Source: Chloroflexota bacterium
GTDB lineage: Bacteria > Chloroflexota > Limnocylindria > Limnocylindrales > CSP1-4
NCBI GenBank assembly: GCA_003158295.1
Contig: PMIP01000059.1
Coordinates: forward strand, 31,617-88,716
Length of the DNA stretch: 57,100 bases
Direction: 5' to 3'
Numbering within the stretch: position 1 is the first letter of the stretch; each line of letters opens with the position of its first letter. Under the pieces are notes generated by a model. That model had not been told where the DNA came from and did no database searches. It was given only the letters and a program-made list of their open reading frames with translations. Positions 8,652 through 16,384 of the stretch are shown here, piece by piece. The translations under genes and the position numbers were made by a program.

Positions 8652-8827
8652 AGGCTACGCCCGACGACGATCAGGAACGCTCCTATCCGGAGGTGGAGTC
8701 CACGGATCCGGTACGTCCTTGAGCCCGCTCCCTTACGGCTCATGCGGTAGGCGGCGGCCTCGGCGCGGAGCTCCGCATGCCGCTGGGCTATGTACGTTGA
8801 TCGCTGCTCCGGCGTGTCAGGCCACAT
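8612..8827 (-). CDS. Mini-protein (71 aa), Arg/Ala-rich helix followed by an RxxGxxLRIGxxL hydrophobic tail
   Basis: ATG is preceded by GGAGG at 9-nt spacing (ctGGAGGactctaccaATG). Lies between the ArsR-type regulator and the MFS gene. Resembles a second mini-ORF at 22104-22298. Confidence 0.5.
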   Translation of the reverse strand: MWPDTPEQRSTYIAQRHAELRAEAAAYRMSRKGAGSRTYRIRGLHLRIGAFLIVVGRSLCEEERNVLDPAR

Positions 8828-8842
8828 TGGTAGAGTCCTCCA

Positions 8843-8884
8843 GTGTTAGTAGTCCGAATGACATGTGTTAGTTGTGCATCTAAC
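8843..8884. promoter_or_regulatory. Cluster of GTGTTAG / CTAAC half-sites upstream of the mini-ORF/MFS unit (candidate ArsR-type operator)
   Basis: GTGTTAG at 8843-8849 and 8865-8871, inverted CTAAC at 8880-8884. The same pentamer recurs upstream of the regulator gene at 10023-10053. Confidence 0.4.
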
Positions 8885-8922
8885 TCGGGAAGTTCGGGAG
8901 TTGGTCATGGCGATCCTCGGGG

Positions 8923-10011
8923 TCAGTGCGCCAGGTAGGCGCGAAGCTCCACGCCGGCTTCGTCGGCGCGGTCGTGGCGGAGGCTGTAGTAGGTCATGTT
9001 GCCCTCGTTGGTCATCGTGACCAGGCCGGCGCTGCGGAGCACGGCCAGGTGATGCAGGATCGTGGGCTTGCGCAGATCCAGCTCGTTCGCGATCTCCGTC
9101 AGGTAGCGGTCACCTTCGGCCAGGAGCTTCAGGATGCGCAGGCGGCTCTCGTCGCCCAGGGCGCGGTAGAGGCGAATGGTCGAATTGGGTGGAGTCAGTC
9201 GGTCCGCCGATCCGAGCGACGAGTCCGCGATTGGGTAGCAGATCAGCTGCACGTCGCCGACCTTGGTCAGCGAGTTGTACGGGCGGCCGAAGTAGCTGGG
9301 GGTCAGGACTATGCGGCGGATGCGCTGCTCGGGTATGACTCGGACCCCATTTGTCGCCCGCTCGATGAACCCGAGGGGGTCGCCGACGATGTCGTCGCCA
9401 CGGCGGCCGGCCACGTCGCGCTCCAACATTCGACCGATGCGGGTCTCGATCGTCTCGTAGCGCGGCAGCCAGAACTCGACGATGCGCCGGACCGCCAGGG
9501 TCATGTCGGCGATTGGTCCAGCGAGGACGGCATGGCCTTTGGTCGATTCGAGCCGGGCCTGGAGCTCGACCAAGGCCTCCTGATCGCCATCTACTGCCCG
9601 GCGAGTGAGCGCGCCTAGATCCGCGTCTTCGAGCAGTTCGCCCGCCATGATCTCGGTCAGATCTCGGTCGGAAAGCGCGTCGATGGCTTCCACGACGTCG
9701 CGGGCGGTGCGAATCTCCGGCCTGCCGACGAGCATGCGGCTGATCTCGAGGACGAAGCCACCGCAGGCACCGACGCATTCGTCTCCGGTGGTCTCGGCCT
9801 TGAGGGCCGCGCGCGACTCTTCCAGCCAGCGCTGGTCCTCTGCCAGGAGCTCGTTGGCCTCGCCGCAGTCATCACAGGCGCTGGCCAGGAAGTCGTAGCC
9901 GGTTCGGACATCAAGCTCAACGACCGGAAGCTGGGCAGCCGCGATCCCCGGCCGGACGAGGCCGCTCTGTCTCTGGGGATTGGCTCGGCTGGGATTCCGG
10001 GTCGCTGCCAT
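8923..10011 (-). CDS. ArsR/SmtB-family winged-helix regulator with an N-terminal domain of about 270 aa and unknown function
   Basis: C-terminal IRLYRALGDESRLRILKLLAEGDRYLTEIANELDLRKPTILHHLAVLRSAGLV is a classic ArsR HTH. I do not recognise a motif in the N-terminal part. Confidence 0.8.
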   Translation of the reverse strand: MAATRNPSRANPQRQSGLVRPGIAAAQLPVVELDVRTGYDFLASACDDCGEANELLAEDQRWLEESRAALKAETTGDECVGACGGFVLEISRMLVGRPEIRTARDVVEAIDALSDRDLTEIMAGELLEDADLGALTRRAVDGDQEALVELQARLESTKGHAVLAGPIADMTLAVRRIVEFWLPRYETIETRIGRMLERDVAGRRGDDIVGDPLGFIERATNGVRVIPEQRIRRIVLTPSYFGRPYNSLTKVGDVQLICYPIADSSLGSADRLTPPNSTIRLYRALGDESRLRILKLLAEGDRYLTEIANELDLRKPTILHHLAVLRSAGLVTMTNEGNMTYYSLRHDRADEAGVELRAYLAH

Positions 10012-10022
10012 CGCTACTGCGC

Positions 10023-10053
10023 CTCTAACTCATGTTAGATGGAAGGCTAACAC
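10023..10053. promoter_or_regulatory. TCTAAC-N4-GTTAGA inverted repeat plus a third CTAAC; candidate autoregulatory operator of the ArsR-type gene
   Basis: tctaactcatgttaga at 10023-10038 and ggctaacacg at 10044-10053, starting 12 nt upstream of the regulator ATG (10011, minus strand). Confidence 0.4.
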
Positions 10054-10257
10054 GAGCCTCGTGCCCGGTCAAATAGTTGCGCGCCAAACGGGAGCCCGGG
10101 AGGGAAGCGATAATCCGATCGCCGGACGCGACGAGCAGCCATTCCAGAACCGGTAGCCGGACCGGGGGGAGCGGTGAGCCGCGGCCGGTACAATGCCCCC
10201 ACCCCGCGCGGTCGCAAATAGACGCGGGCCCGCCACCGCCTTGAGGAATCGGATCGC

Positions 10258-11583
10258 ATGACCATCCCGAGCGTCAGGTTCACAGACGAACGCCTCTCCA
10301 ACGGCCTTCGCCTGATCATCTCGGAAGACCACCTGGCGCCGATCGTGGCGGTCAACATCTGGTACAACGTCGGCTCCAAGCACGAGGTCGCGGGCAAGAC
10401 CGGCTTCGCGCATCTGTTCGAGCACGTCATGTTCCAGGGCTCCGGCCACGTGGCCAAGACCGAGCACATGGCCCTCGTGCAGGCCGCGGGCGGGACCCTC
10501 AACGGCACCACTTTCTTCGACCGCACCAACTACTTCGAGACGATGCCCAGCCACCAGCTCGAGCTGGCGCTCTGGCTCGAGGCGGACCGGATGGCGACGC
10601 TCCTGGACGCACTCAACCAGGAAAACCTGGACAACCAGCGCGACGTCGTCAAGAACGAGAAGCGGTCCTCGTACGACAACCGGCCCTATGGCGACTGGTT
10701 CCACAAGCTGCAGGCACACCTCTTCCCGGCGGACCATCCGTATCACCACCCCACGATCGGGTCGATGGAGGATCTGGACGCGGCGTCGCTGGAGGACGTG
10801 GCCACGTTCTTCCGGACTTACTACGCCCCCAACAACGCGGTCCTCTCCGTCGTGGGGGACGTGGATCCGGCGCAGGCCCGGGCCTGGGTGGAGCGCTACT
10901 TCGGCGCCATTCCGGCGAACCCCGCCATCCCACCGCTGGCCGACATGAGCGTTCCGCCGGTATTGGGCGCCGAGTCTCGCGAGGTGGTGCAGGACCGGGT
11001 TCCGCTGCCGCGCCACTTCTTCGGCTACCGGGCGCCCTGCCTGGGAGACCCCCGCTTCGACGCCCTTGAGGTTGCCGCTCAGATCCTTGCCGGTGGGAAG
11101 GGGAGCCGGCTCTACCGGCGCCTGGTGCGAGAAGAGAAGATCGCCCAGGATGTCTCATTCTTCCCTCTGGGACTCGTTGGTGGCGCCTCTATCGCGGCCG
11201 GTCAGGCCACCGTCCGCCCGGGCGTTGACCCGGCGGTGGTGGAGCGCGCATTCGAGGAGGAACTGGAGCGGCTGGGACGTGAGCCGGTCACCGACGATGA
11301 GCTGGCTCGGGCCCGTGCCCTGATCGAGACTTACGAGCTGGAGGCTCTGCAGCGGGTCGACGAACGCGCCGATCGGCTGTCCATGTACGCCACGCTGCTC
11401 GACGATCCGGAGATGATCAACCGCCAGCTCGGCCGGTACCTGGCCGTGGGCAAGGCCGAGATCCAGGCGGCCGCCGCGGAGGTGCTCCGCCCCGAGAACC
11501 GGGTCGTTCTGACCTACATGCCCGCTGCGGGCGCCGGGGACGGCGCCATCGGCGGCGCCCCTGACGAGGAGACGGCGGCATGA
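10258..11583 (+). CDS. M16 (pitrilysin) family zinc peptidase, catalytic subunit
   Basis: Inverted zinc motif HxxEH in GFAHLFEHVMFQG. Downstream NGTTFFDRTNYF and the conserved Glu region. SD gaggaa lies 9 nt upstream. Confidence 0.9.
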   Translation: MTIPSVRFTDERLSNGLRLIISEDHLAPIVAVNIWYNVGSKHEVAGKTGFAHLFEHVMFQGSGHVAKTEHMALVQAAGGTLNGTTFFDRTNYFETMPSHQLELALWLEADRMATLLDALNQENLDNQRDVVKNEKRSSYDNRPYGDWFHKLQAHLFPADHPYHHPTIGSMEDLDAASLEDVATFFRTYYAPNNAVLSVVGDVDPAQARAWVERYFGAIPANPAIPPLADMSVPPVLGAESREVVQDRVPLPRHFFGYRAPCLGDPRFDALEVAAQILAGGKGSRLYRRLVREEKIAQDVSFFPLGLVGGASIAAGQATVRPGVDPAVVERAFEEELERLGREPVTDDELARARALIETYELEALQRVDERADRLSMYATLLDDPEMINRQLGRYLAVGKAEIQAAAAEVLRPENRVVLTYMPAAGAGDGAIGGAPDEETAA

Positions 11584-13007
11584 CGCTCGAGCAGATCCTG
11601 GCCGAGCGACCGTCTCCGGGCCAACCCCGAACTTACCGCTTCCCGGCCTTCGAGCGGGCGGTGCTGCCGTCGGGCCTGCAGGTGCTCACGGTCCACGTTC
11701 CGGGCCGGCCGCTCGTTTCGGCGAATCTGGTCTTCCTCCGGGGCGCCGGCGACGAGGCCGGGGAGATCGGGGGAGCCACTGTTCTCGCGGCCCGGGCGAT
11801 GACCGAGGGAACGGAGCGCTACCCGGGCGTGGAGCTGATCGAGGCCGGGGAGCGCCTGGGCGCGACTCTCCACGTCGAGGCGTCATGGGACGCCTTCGTG
11901 GCCGCGGTGGAGGTTGCGGCGCCACGCCTGGAGGCCGCCCTCGAGCTGCTGGCGGAACTGGTGGAGCGGCCCACGTTCCCGGAGCAGGACGTGGCTCGCC
12001 TGCGGGACGAGCGTCTCAACGACCTAATGCAGGCGAAAGCCGACCCGCGCCGGCGCGCGGAGCGGGCCTTCGGGGCGACGATCTACACGTCGGACTCGCC
12101 CTACTCGCGGCCGGCCGGCGGCGACGAAGAGTCGGTCGCCGGGCTCACTCCCGAAGTCTTGCGAAGAGTCCACTCATCGATCCTCGCGCCGGATCGGGCG
12201 GCGCTGATCGTGGGCGGGGATCTCACCGGCGTCGCCATCCCGAGTCTCGCCGAGCGAGTCCTCGGATCGCTCGGGAGTGGCGCGGCGTCGCTTGCCCCGG
12301 CGGCACCGCCCAACGCCACCTCGGCCGTGTCACGACCGATCGTCCGGTTCTACCATCGGCCGGGCTCGGTACAGACCGAGCTGCGGATCGGCCACGTCGG
12401 CCTTCCGCGGCGGATCCCGGACTTCCATGGCGTCGCGGTGATGTCGGCGATCCTGGGCGGCCTCTTCAACTCGCGGCTGCAGATGAACCTGCGGGAGGAG
12501 AAGGGCTACACCTACGGCGTGGGGGCGGGCTTTGACATGAGGCGGGGCGCGGGCCCCTTCGCCGTCCGAACCGCCGTTCAGACGGCAGTGACCGTGCCGG
12601 CGATCCTCGAGACGCTCTCCGAGCTGCGTCGGATCCGCGAGACCGAGGTAACGAAGGCAGAACTGGCGGCCGCGCGCGACTACCTGGTTGGAGTCTTCCC
12701 GCTCCGCTTCGAGACGCCCGGCGCCGTAGTCGGAGCCCTGGGCGGGCTCTACGTGCACCAGTTGCCCGATGACGAGCTGTCCCGGTACCGCGACGCGATC
12801 GAGGCTGTCACGATCGCCGACGTGCAGGCCGCTGCCCGTGAGCACATCGATCTCGACCGAATGGCGATCGTTGCGGTCGGCGACGCGGATGTCGTCGGCG
12901 GAGAGCTCGAGTCGGCCGGCCTCGGTGAGATCGAACTGATCGCCGAGGAGCCCCCCGCGGCCGGTTCGGACGACGCCGCGGACGAGTCTGACGAGGAGGG
13001 CGAATGA
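11580..13007 (+). CDS. M16 family peptidase, non-catalytic partner (no HxxEH)
   Basis: ATGA overlap with the upstream M16 gene. M16 C-terminal-type fold motifs (LNSRLQMNLREEKGYTYGV). Lacks the zinc motif. Confidence 0.85.
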   Translation: MTLEQILAERPSPGQPRTYRFPAFERAVLPSGLQVLTVHVPGRPLVSANLVFLRGAGDEAGEIGGATVLAARAMTEGTERYPGVELIEAGERLGATLHVEASWDAFVAAVEVAAPRLEAALELLAELVERPTFPEQDVARLRDERLNDLMQAKADPRRRAERAFGATIYTSDSPYSRPAGGDEESVAGLTPEVLRRVHSSILAPDRAALIVGGDLTGVAIPSLAERVLGSLGSGAASLAPAAPPNATSAVSRPIVRFYHRPGSVQTELRIGHVGLPRRIPDFHGVAVMSAILGGLFNSRLQMNLREEKGYTYGVGAGFDMRRGAGPFAVRTAVQTAVTVPAILETLSELRRIRETEVTKAELAAARDYLVGVFPLRFETPGAVVGALGGLYVHQLPDDELSRYRDAIEAVTIADVQAAAREHIDLDRMAIVAVGDADVVGGELESAGLGEIELIAEEPPAAGSDDAADESDEEGE

Positions 13008-13681
13008 TCGTCGTGGTGGGCCTTCCGGTATACGCGGACGGCCCGGACGGCGAGGAGTGCGCGGGAGGTCTCGCGGTTGAGGTCGCGGCCGCCGCGGAGC
13101 GTCGAGGCGGAACGGTAGAGCTGGTGGGCAAGGTCGGCAACGACGGGGCGGGCGACGCGGTGGTCGTGGCCCTGGGCCGGCTCGGCATCGGCCACGCCGC
13201 GCTGCTCCGAGACATGGCCCGCCCCACACCGGTGCTGACGGCGACGCCGCGCGACGAATCGGCCGATACGACCGCGGAGGAGGCCGTGGCGGAACCCGCG
13301 GAGGAGCCGGGAAGCATCCTCCTGCCCGAGGATCCAGCCGCCCGGCCTGCGCTGGAGGCCGCGGACGTTGAGCTGGCCTTGCGCTTTCTGCCCCAGGCGA
13401 GCGTCATCGTCCTGGCCGATCCCTCGGCGGAATCGACGGTGGAAGCCGGAATCCAGGGCGCGGCCTTCTCCGCGGCCAGGCTGATAGTGCTCGTGCCCGC
13501 CGGCGGCTCGTCTCCGTCCGTGCCACCGGAGGCAACCGTCCTGGAGGCGCCACTGGACGACGATGGCTCGTTCGGCCGGTTGGTCGGAACCTTCGCCGGC
13601 GCGCTCGACGCCGGACTGGATGCGGCCTCGGCATTCTCGGAGGCCGTCACGACGTCGGGCTGGGAGCCCGTGACCGACTGA
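13004..13681 (+). CDS. Degenerate PfkB/ribokinase-like protein (225 aa)
   Basis: ATGA overlap with M16B. N-terminus (GGLAVEVAAAAERRGGTVELVGKVGNDGAGDAVVVALGRLGI) mimics the PfkB N-terminal signature. The C-terminal DDDGSFGRLVGTFAGALDAG sits where the DTxGAGD anion-hole motif would be, but that motif is lost. Confidence 0.5.
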   Translation: MIVVVGLPVYADGPDGEECAGGLAVEVAAAAERRGGTVELVGKVGNDGAGDAVVVALGRLGIGHAALLRDMARPTPVLTATPRDESADTTAEEAVAEPAEEPGSILLPEDPAARPALEAADVELALRFLPQASVIVLADPSAESTVEAGIQGAAFSAARLIVLVPAGGSSPSVPPEATVLEAPLDDDGSFGRLVGTFAGALDAGLDAASAFSEAVTTSGWEPVTD

Positions 13682-13744
13682 GGCGGGTCGGCCTGCCTCC
13701 CAAGCGTTCGATCGGCCACCTCCGGCGGCGCCGCTTCCTGTAGA

Positions 13745-15067
13745 GTGCGGGCCATGGACAGCACCACGAGCGGGCTCGGCTCAGAGGGGCCCGCCAACCT
13801 GCCGCCGGGCTTTGACGCGTCCGCGACGACGCCGGTGGATCGCGCCACGGCCGTCGCGGCGCTCAGCCAGGCCGACGGCCTGATGGAGCAGAGTGAGCCG
13901 GAGCAGGCGCTCGCCCTGTACGCCAGAGCGGCGGGGACGGCCGATCGCGACGTCTCGGCCGCCGGCCACTACGGGATGGGCAACGCCCTGTACCGGATGG
14001 ACCGCGAGGGCGAGGCGCGCCAGGCCTGGGAGCGTGCCACCGGTCTCGGCGAGACTCCCGTGGCGTATCGGGCCTGGCGTCAGGTGGCCGCGGCCCTGGT
14101 CCGCGAGGGAAACCTGCGCGGCGCCCTGGACGCGTACCGGCAATGCGAAAAGCGCGCGCCGCGCGAGGACCGCGCCGAGATCGCGTCTCGGTTGGGCTGG
14201 CTGAGCAAGGAAGTCGGCAACACCGGCGCCGCGACCAAGTACTTCGCCCGCAGCCGCGGTGACGCGGCGCCGCCGTTCATGACGTACCTGATCATCGCCG
14301 TCACGGTGGTGGCGTCGATATCGGCCCTGTCGGATACCAGCGGCAGCCTCGGGGGTCAGCTCGAGCTGGACAAGCTGGGCATCGCGCACGGCGAGCTCTA
14401 CCGACTCTTCAGCGTCACCCTGGTCCACGGCAGCTACATCCACCTGGCCTTCAACATGTACGCGATGTGGTACGCGGGGCAGCTCGTCGAGCGCATGTAC
14501 GGGTCGTGGTTGCTGCTGGCGTTCTACGTGATTTGCGCGGCGGGAGGGTCGATCCTCAGCTACGCGTTTGGATCCATCGTGCCCAGTGTCGGGGCTTCGG
14601 GGGCGATCTTCGGGCTCTTCGGCGTCGTCCTCGTGGCGACTCGGTTCCACCGCGCGATCCTGGATCAGCAATCGCGGATGATCGCGTCGCAGGTCGGCCT
14701 ACTGATCGTGTTGAACCTGATCCTCGGCTTCTCCGGTGTCCTGAACGTCGACAACTACGCTCACGTCGGAGGCCTTCTGGCGGGACTCTGGTTGGCCCTG
14801 GTCATCGCCCCGGCACAGGTGCCGACCCTCGCGTCGCTATGGCAGACCCCCCGCGGCGGCAGTGGCGGAGCTCGGATACTCGCCATCCGCGTTCTGGGCG
14901 TGGGCGCCCTGATCGCGGTTCTGGGGGTGGGCGTCGCGATAGGCACGAGCCGGTGGCAGGGTGACCCGGTCTATCGGCACTTCTACGGTGCCGCCGGCAC
15001 GGCCGTCGATCGATCAGAGGCGGTCACCGCGCCTGAGCTGCCGAGCGTTTCTCTGACAATCCGGTAG
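13745..15067 (+). CDS. Rhomboid-family intramembrane serine protease with an N-terminal TPR-like domain
   Basis: LVHGSYIHLAFNMYAMW, the catalytic GASGAIFGLFG and HVGGLLAG motifs. N-terminal cytoplasmic TPR-like repeats of about 170 aa. An alternative ATG is at 13754. Confidence 0.85.
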   Translation: MRAMDSTTSGLGSEGPANLPPGFDASATTPVDRATAVAALSQADGLMEQSEPEQALALYARAAGTADRDVSAAGHYGMGNALYRMDREGEARQAWERATGLGETPVAYRAWRQVAAALVREGNLRGALDAYRQCEKRAPREDRAEIASRLGWLSKEVGNTGAATKYFARSRGDAAPPFMTYLIIAVTVVASISALSDTSGSLGGQLELDKLGIAHGELYRLFSVTLVHGSYIHLAFNMYAMWYAGQLVERMYGSWLLLAFYVICAAGGSILSYAFGSIVPSVGASGAIFGLFGVVLVATRFHRAILDQQSRMIASQVGLLIVLNLILGFSGVLNVDNYAHVGGLLAGLWLALVIAPAQVPTLASLWQTPRGGSGGARILAIRVLGVGALIAVLGVGVAIGTSRWQGDPVYRHFYGAAGTAVDRSEAVTAPELPSVSLTIR

Positions 15068-15073
15068 GGGGCC

Positions 15074-16204
15074 TCAGGCCAGGTCGTCGCGCCAGCCGAA
15101 GCGATCGAGGACCCGGTACATGTTCCGCCGGTTTAGGCGCGACCGATCGGGCGGCCAGGGCGTTTCTTCGCGGGATAGCGGCACCTCGAGCCGAATCGCG
15201 CGACGCGGCGCCGGCAGCTCGGACGACTCGGCCGGCTCCGGTGAGGTATCGAGGGTCGGTGAAGTGGCCGGGGTCGGCTCGGTGCGCTCCTCGGCGGTCA
15301 TTTCCGTTTCGTCGGCCTCCGGTTCGTCTTCGGCTTCGGCCCCGCCCTCCGTCGTTACCCCGACTTCGGCGCCGACGCGGAGGCGAAGCGTCCACCACAC
15401 GTCCAGCCATGCGGGACTGACGAAGTGCTCGTCGAGCGGCCCCAGCTCGCGGTAGTCGGACCGGCGGAAGGCCAACCAGCCGGCCTCCAGCGCCGCCACG
15501 TCCTGGAACGCAAACGAGCCGTCCGGCCGTTCGAGCGTGTTGGGCCGGAGCGGGCCCGATTCGGGCGCCACCAGTCCGAAGCCGCCGACCGCGCCGATAG
15601 CCGGATCGGCCAGTGCGGAGACGAGCGGCGAAAAGGCGTCGCCGGTGGGCCAGGCCGAACCGTCGGCAAGGACGACGATCTCACCCTGTGCGCGGCGCAG
15701 CCCGATGTTGAGCGCGGCGGCAAAGCCCAGCCGCGTCGAAGTGCGGAGCACCTCCGGGACGCTGCCTCCGATCGGTGCTCGATCCGGCGCCCCCGGCTCG
15801 AGCGCTGCCGCCTGGGAGTCGCTCGGGTCGTTGGCGATCAGCACGACCTGGGTTCCGCGCGGGGCGTGAACGCGGAGGGCGGCGAGGAGTCGCGAGACGC
15901 GGTCCGGCGCCTCCGAGGCCACGACTGCCACTGTCCAGGCGGCGGTGGCCGGCTCATCGAGAACGGATGGAACCGCCGCCGCGGAACCGTAGCGCAGCTC
16001 GCCTGCCACTTCGAGAGAGGCGGGCATGGCGGGGCTGACGCTGCTCCGCCTGCCGTGGTCGGTTACGCGCCAGCCCAACGCCTCGATCCGCGCCCTCAGC
16101 GTGTCGGCTGTGGCCCAGTCGCCGCGGGCTCGCGCTTCCATCCGCTCGCGGACCAGATGGGTAATCTCGGCCGGTGGTCCGGCGGGAGAGGTCGGCTCGC
16201 TCAC
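15074..16204 (-). CDS. GT2-like glycosyltransferase with an N-terminal CysRS-C-terminal-like helical module and an acidic insert
   Basis: GTG start. AVVASEAPDRVSRLLAAL...VVLIANDPSD...FAAALNIGLRRAQGEIVVLADGS is GT-A-like. The N-terminal ERMEARARGDWATADTLRARIEALGWRVTD resembles the E. coli CysS C-terminus ([29 protein letters not shown]). Confidence 0.6.
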   Translation of the reverse strand: MSEPTSPAGPPAEITHLVRERMEARARGDWATADTLRARIEALGWRVTDHGRRSSVSPAMPASLEVAGELRYGSAAAVPSVLDEPATAAWTVAVVASEAPDRVSRLLAALRVHAPRGTQVVLIANDPSDSQAAALEPGAPDRAPIGGSVPEVLRTSTRLGFAAALNIGLRRAQGEIVVLADGSAWPTGDAFSPLVSALADPAIGAVGGFGLVAPESGPLRPNTLERPDGSFAFQDVAALEAGWLAFRRSDYRELGPLDEHFVSPAWLDVWWTLRLRVGAEVGVTTEGGAEAEDEPEADETEMTAEERTEPTPATSPTLDTSPEPAESSELPAPRRAIRLEVPLSREETPWPPDRSRLNRRNMYRVLDRFGWRDDLA

Positions 16205-16211
16205 GCAGGGA

Positions 16212-16217
16212 AGGATA
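16212..16217 (-). promoter_or_regulatory. -10-like TATCCT 7 nt upstream of the GT GTG start (leaderless candidate)
   Basis: Minus strand reads ccggTATCCTtccctgcGTG. No SD is present. Confidence 0.35.
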
Positions 16218-16384
16218 CCGGGCGGACGACTTCGATCGTCGGGGTGGTCTGGCGAGGCGGCGATCCGCGCGCATGGACGCGATTCGTCGGGGTGGCGCTG
16301 GAGATCGGCGACCAGCCGGGCGCAGCCGGGCGCTGCCGCGGGCGCCCCGGCGCTACTCGCTGCCGCGGGCGCCGCGCGCGGGCG

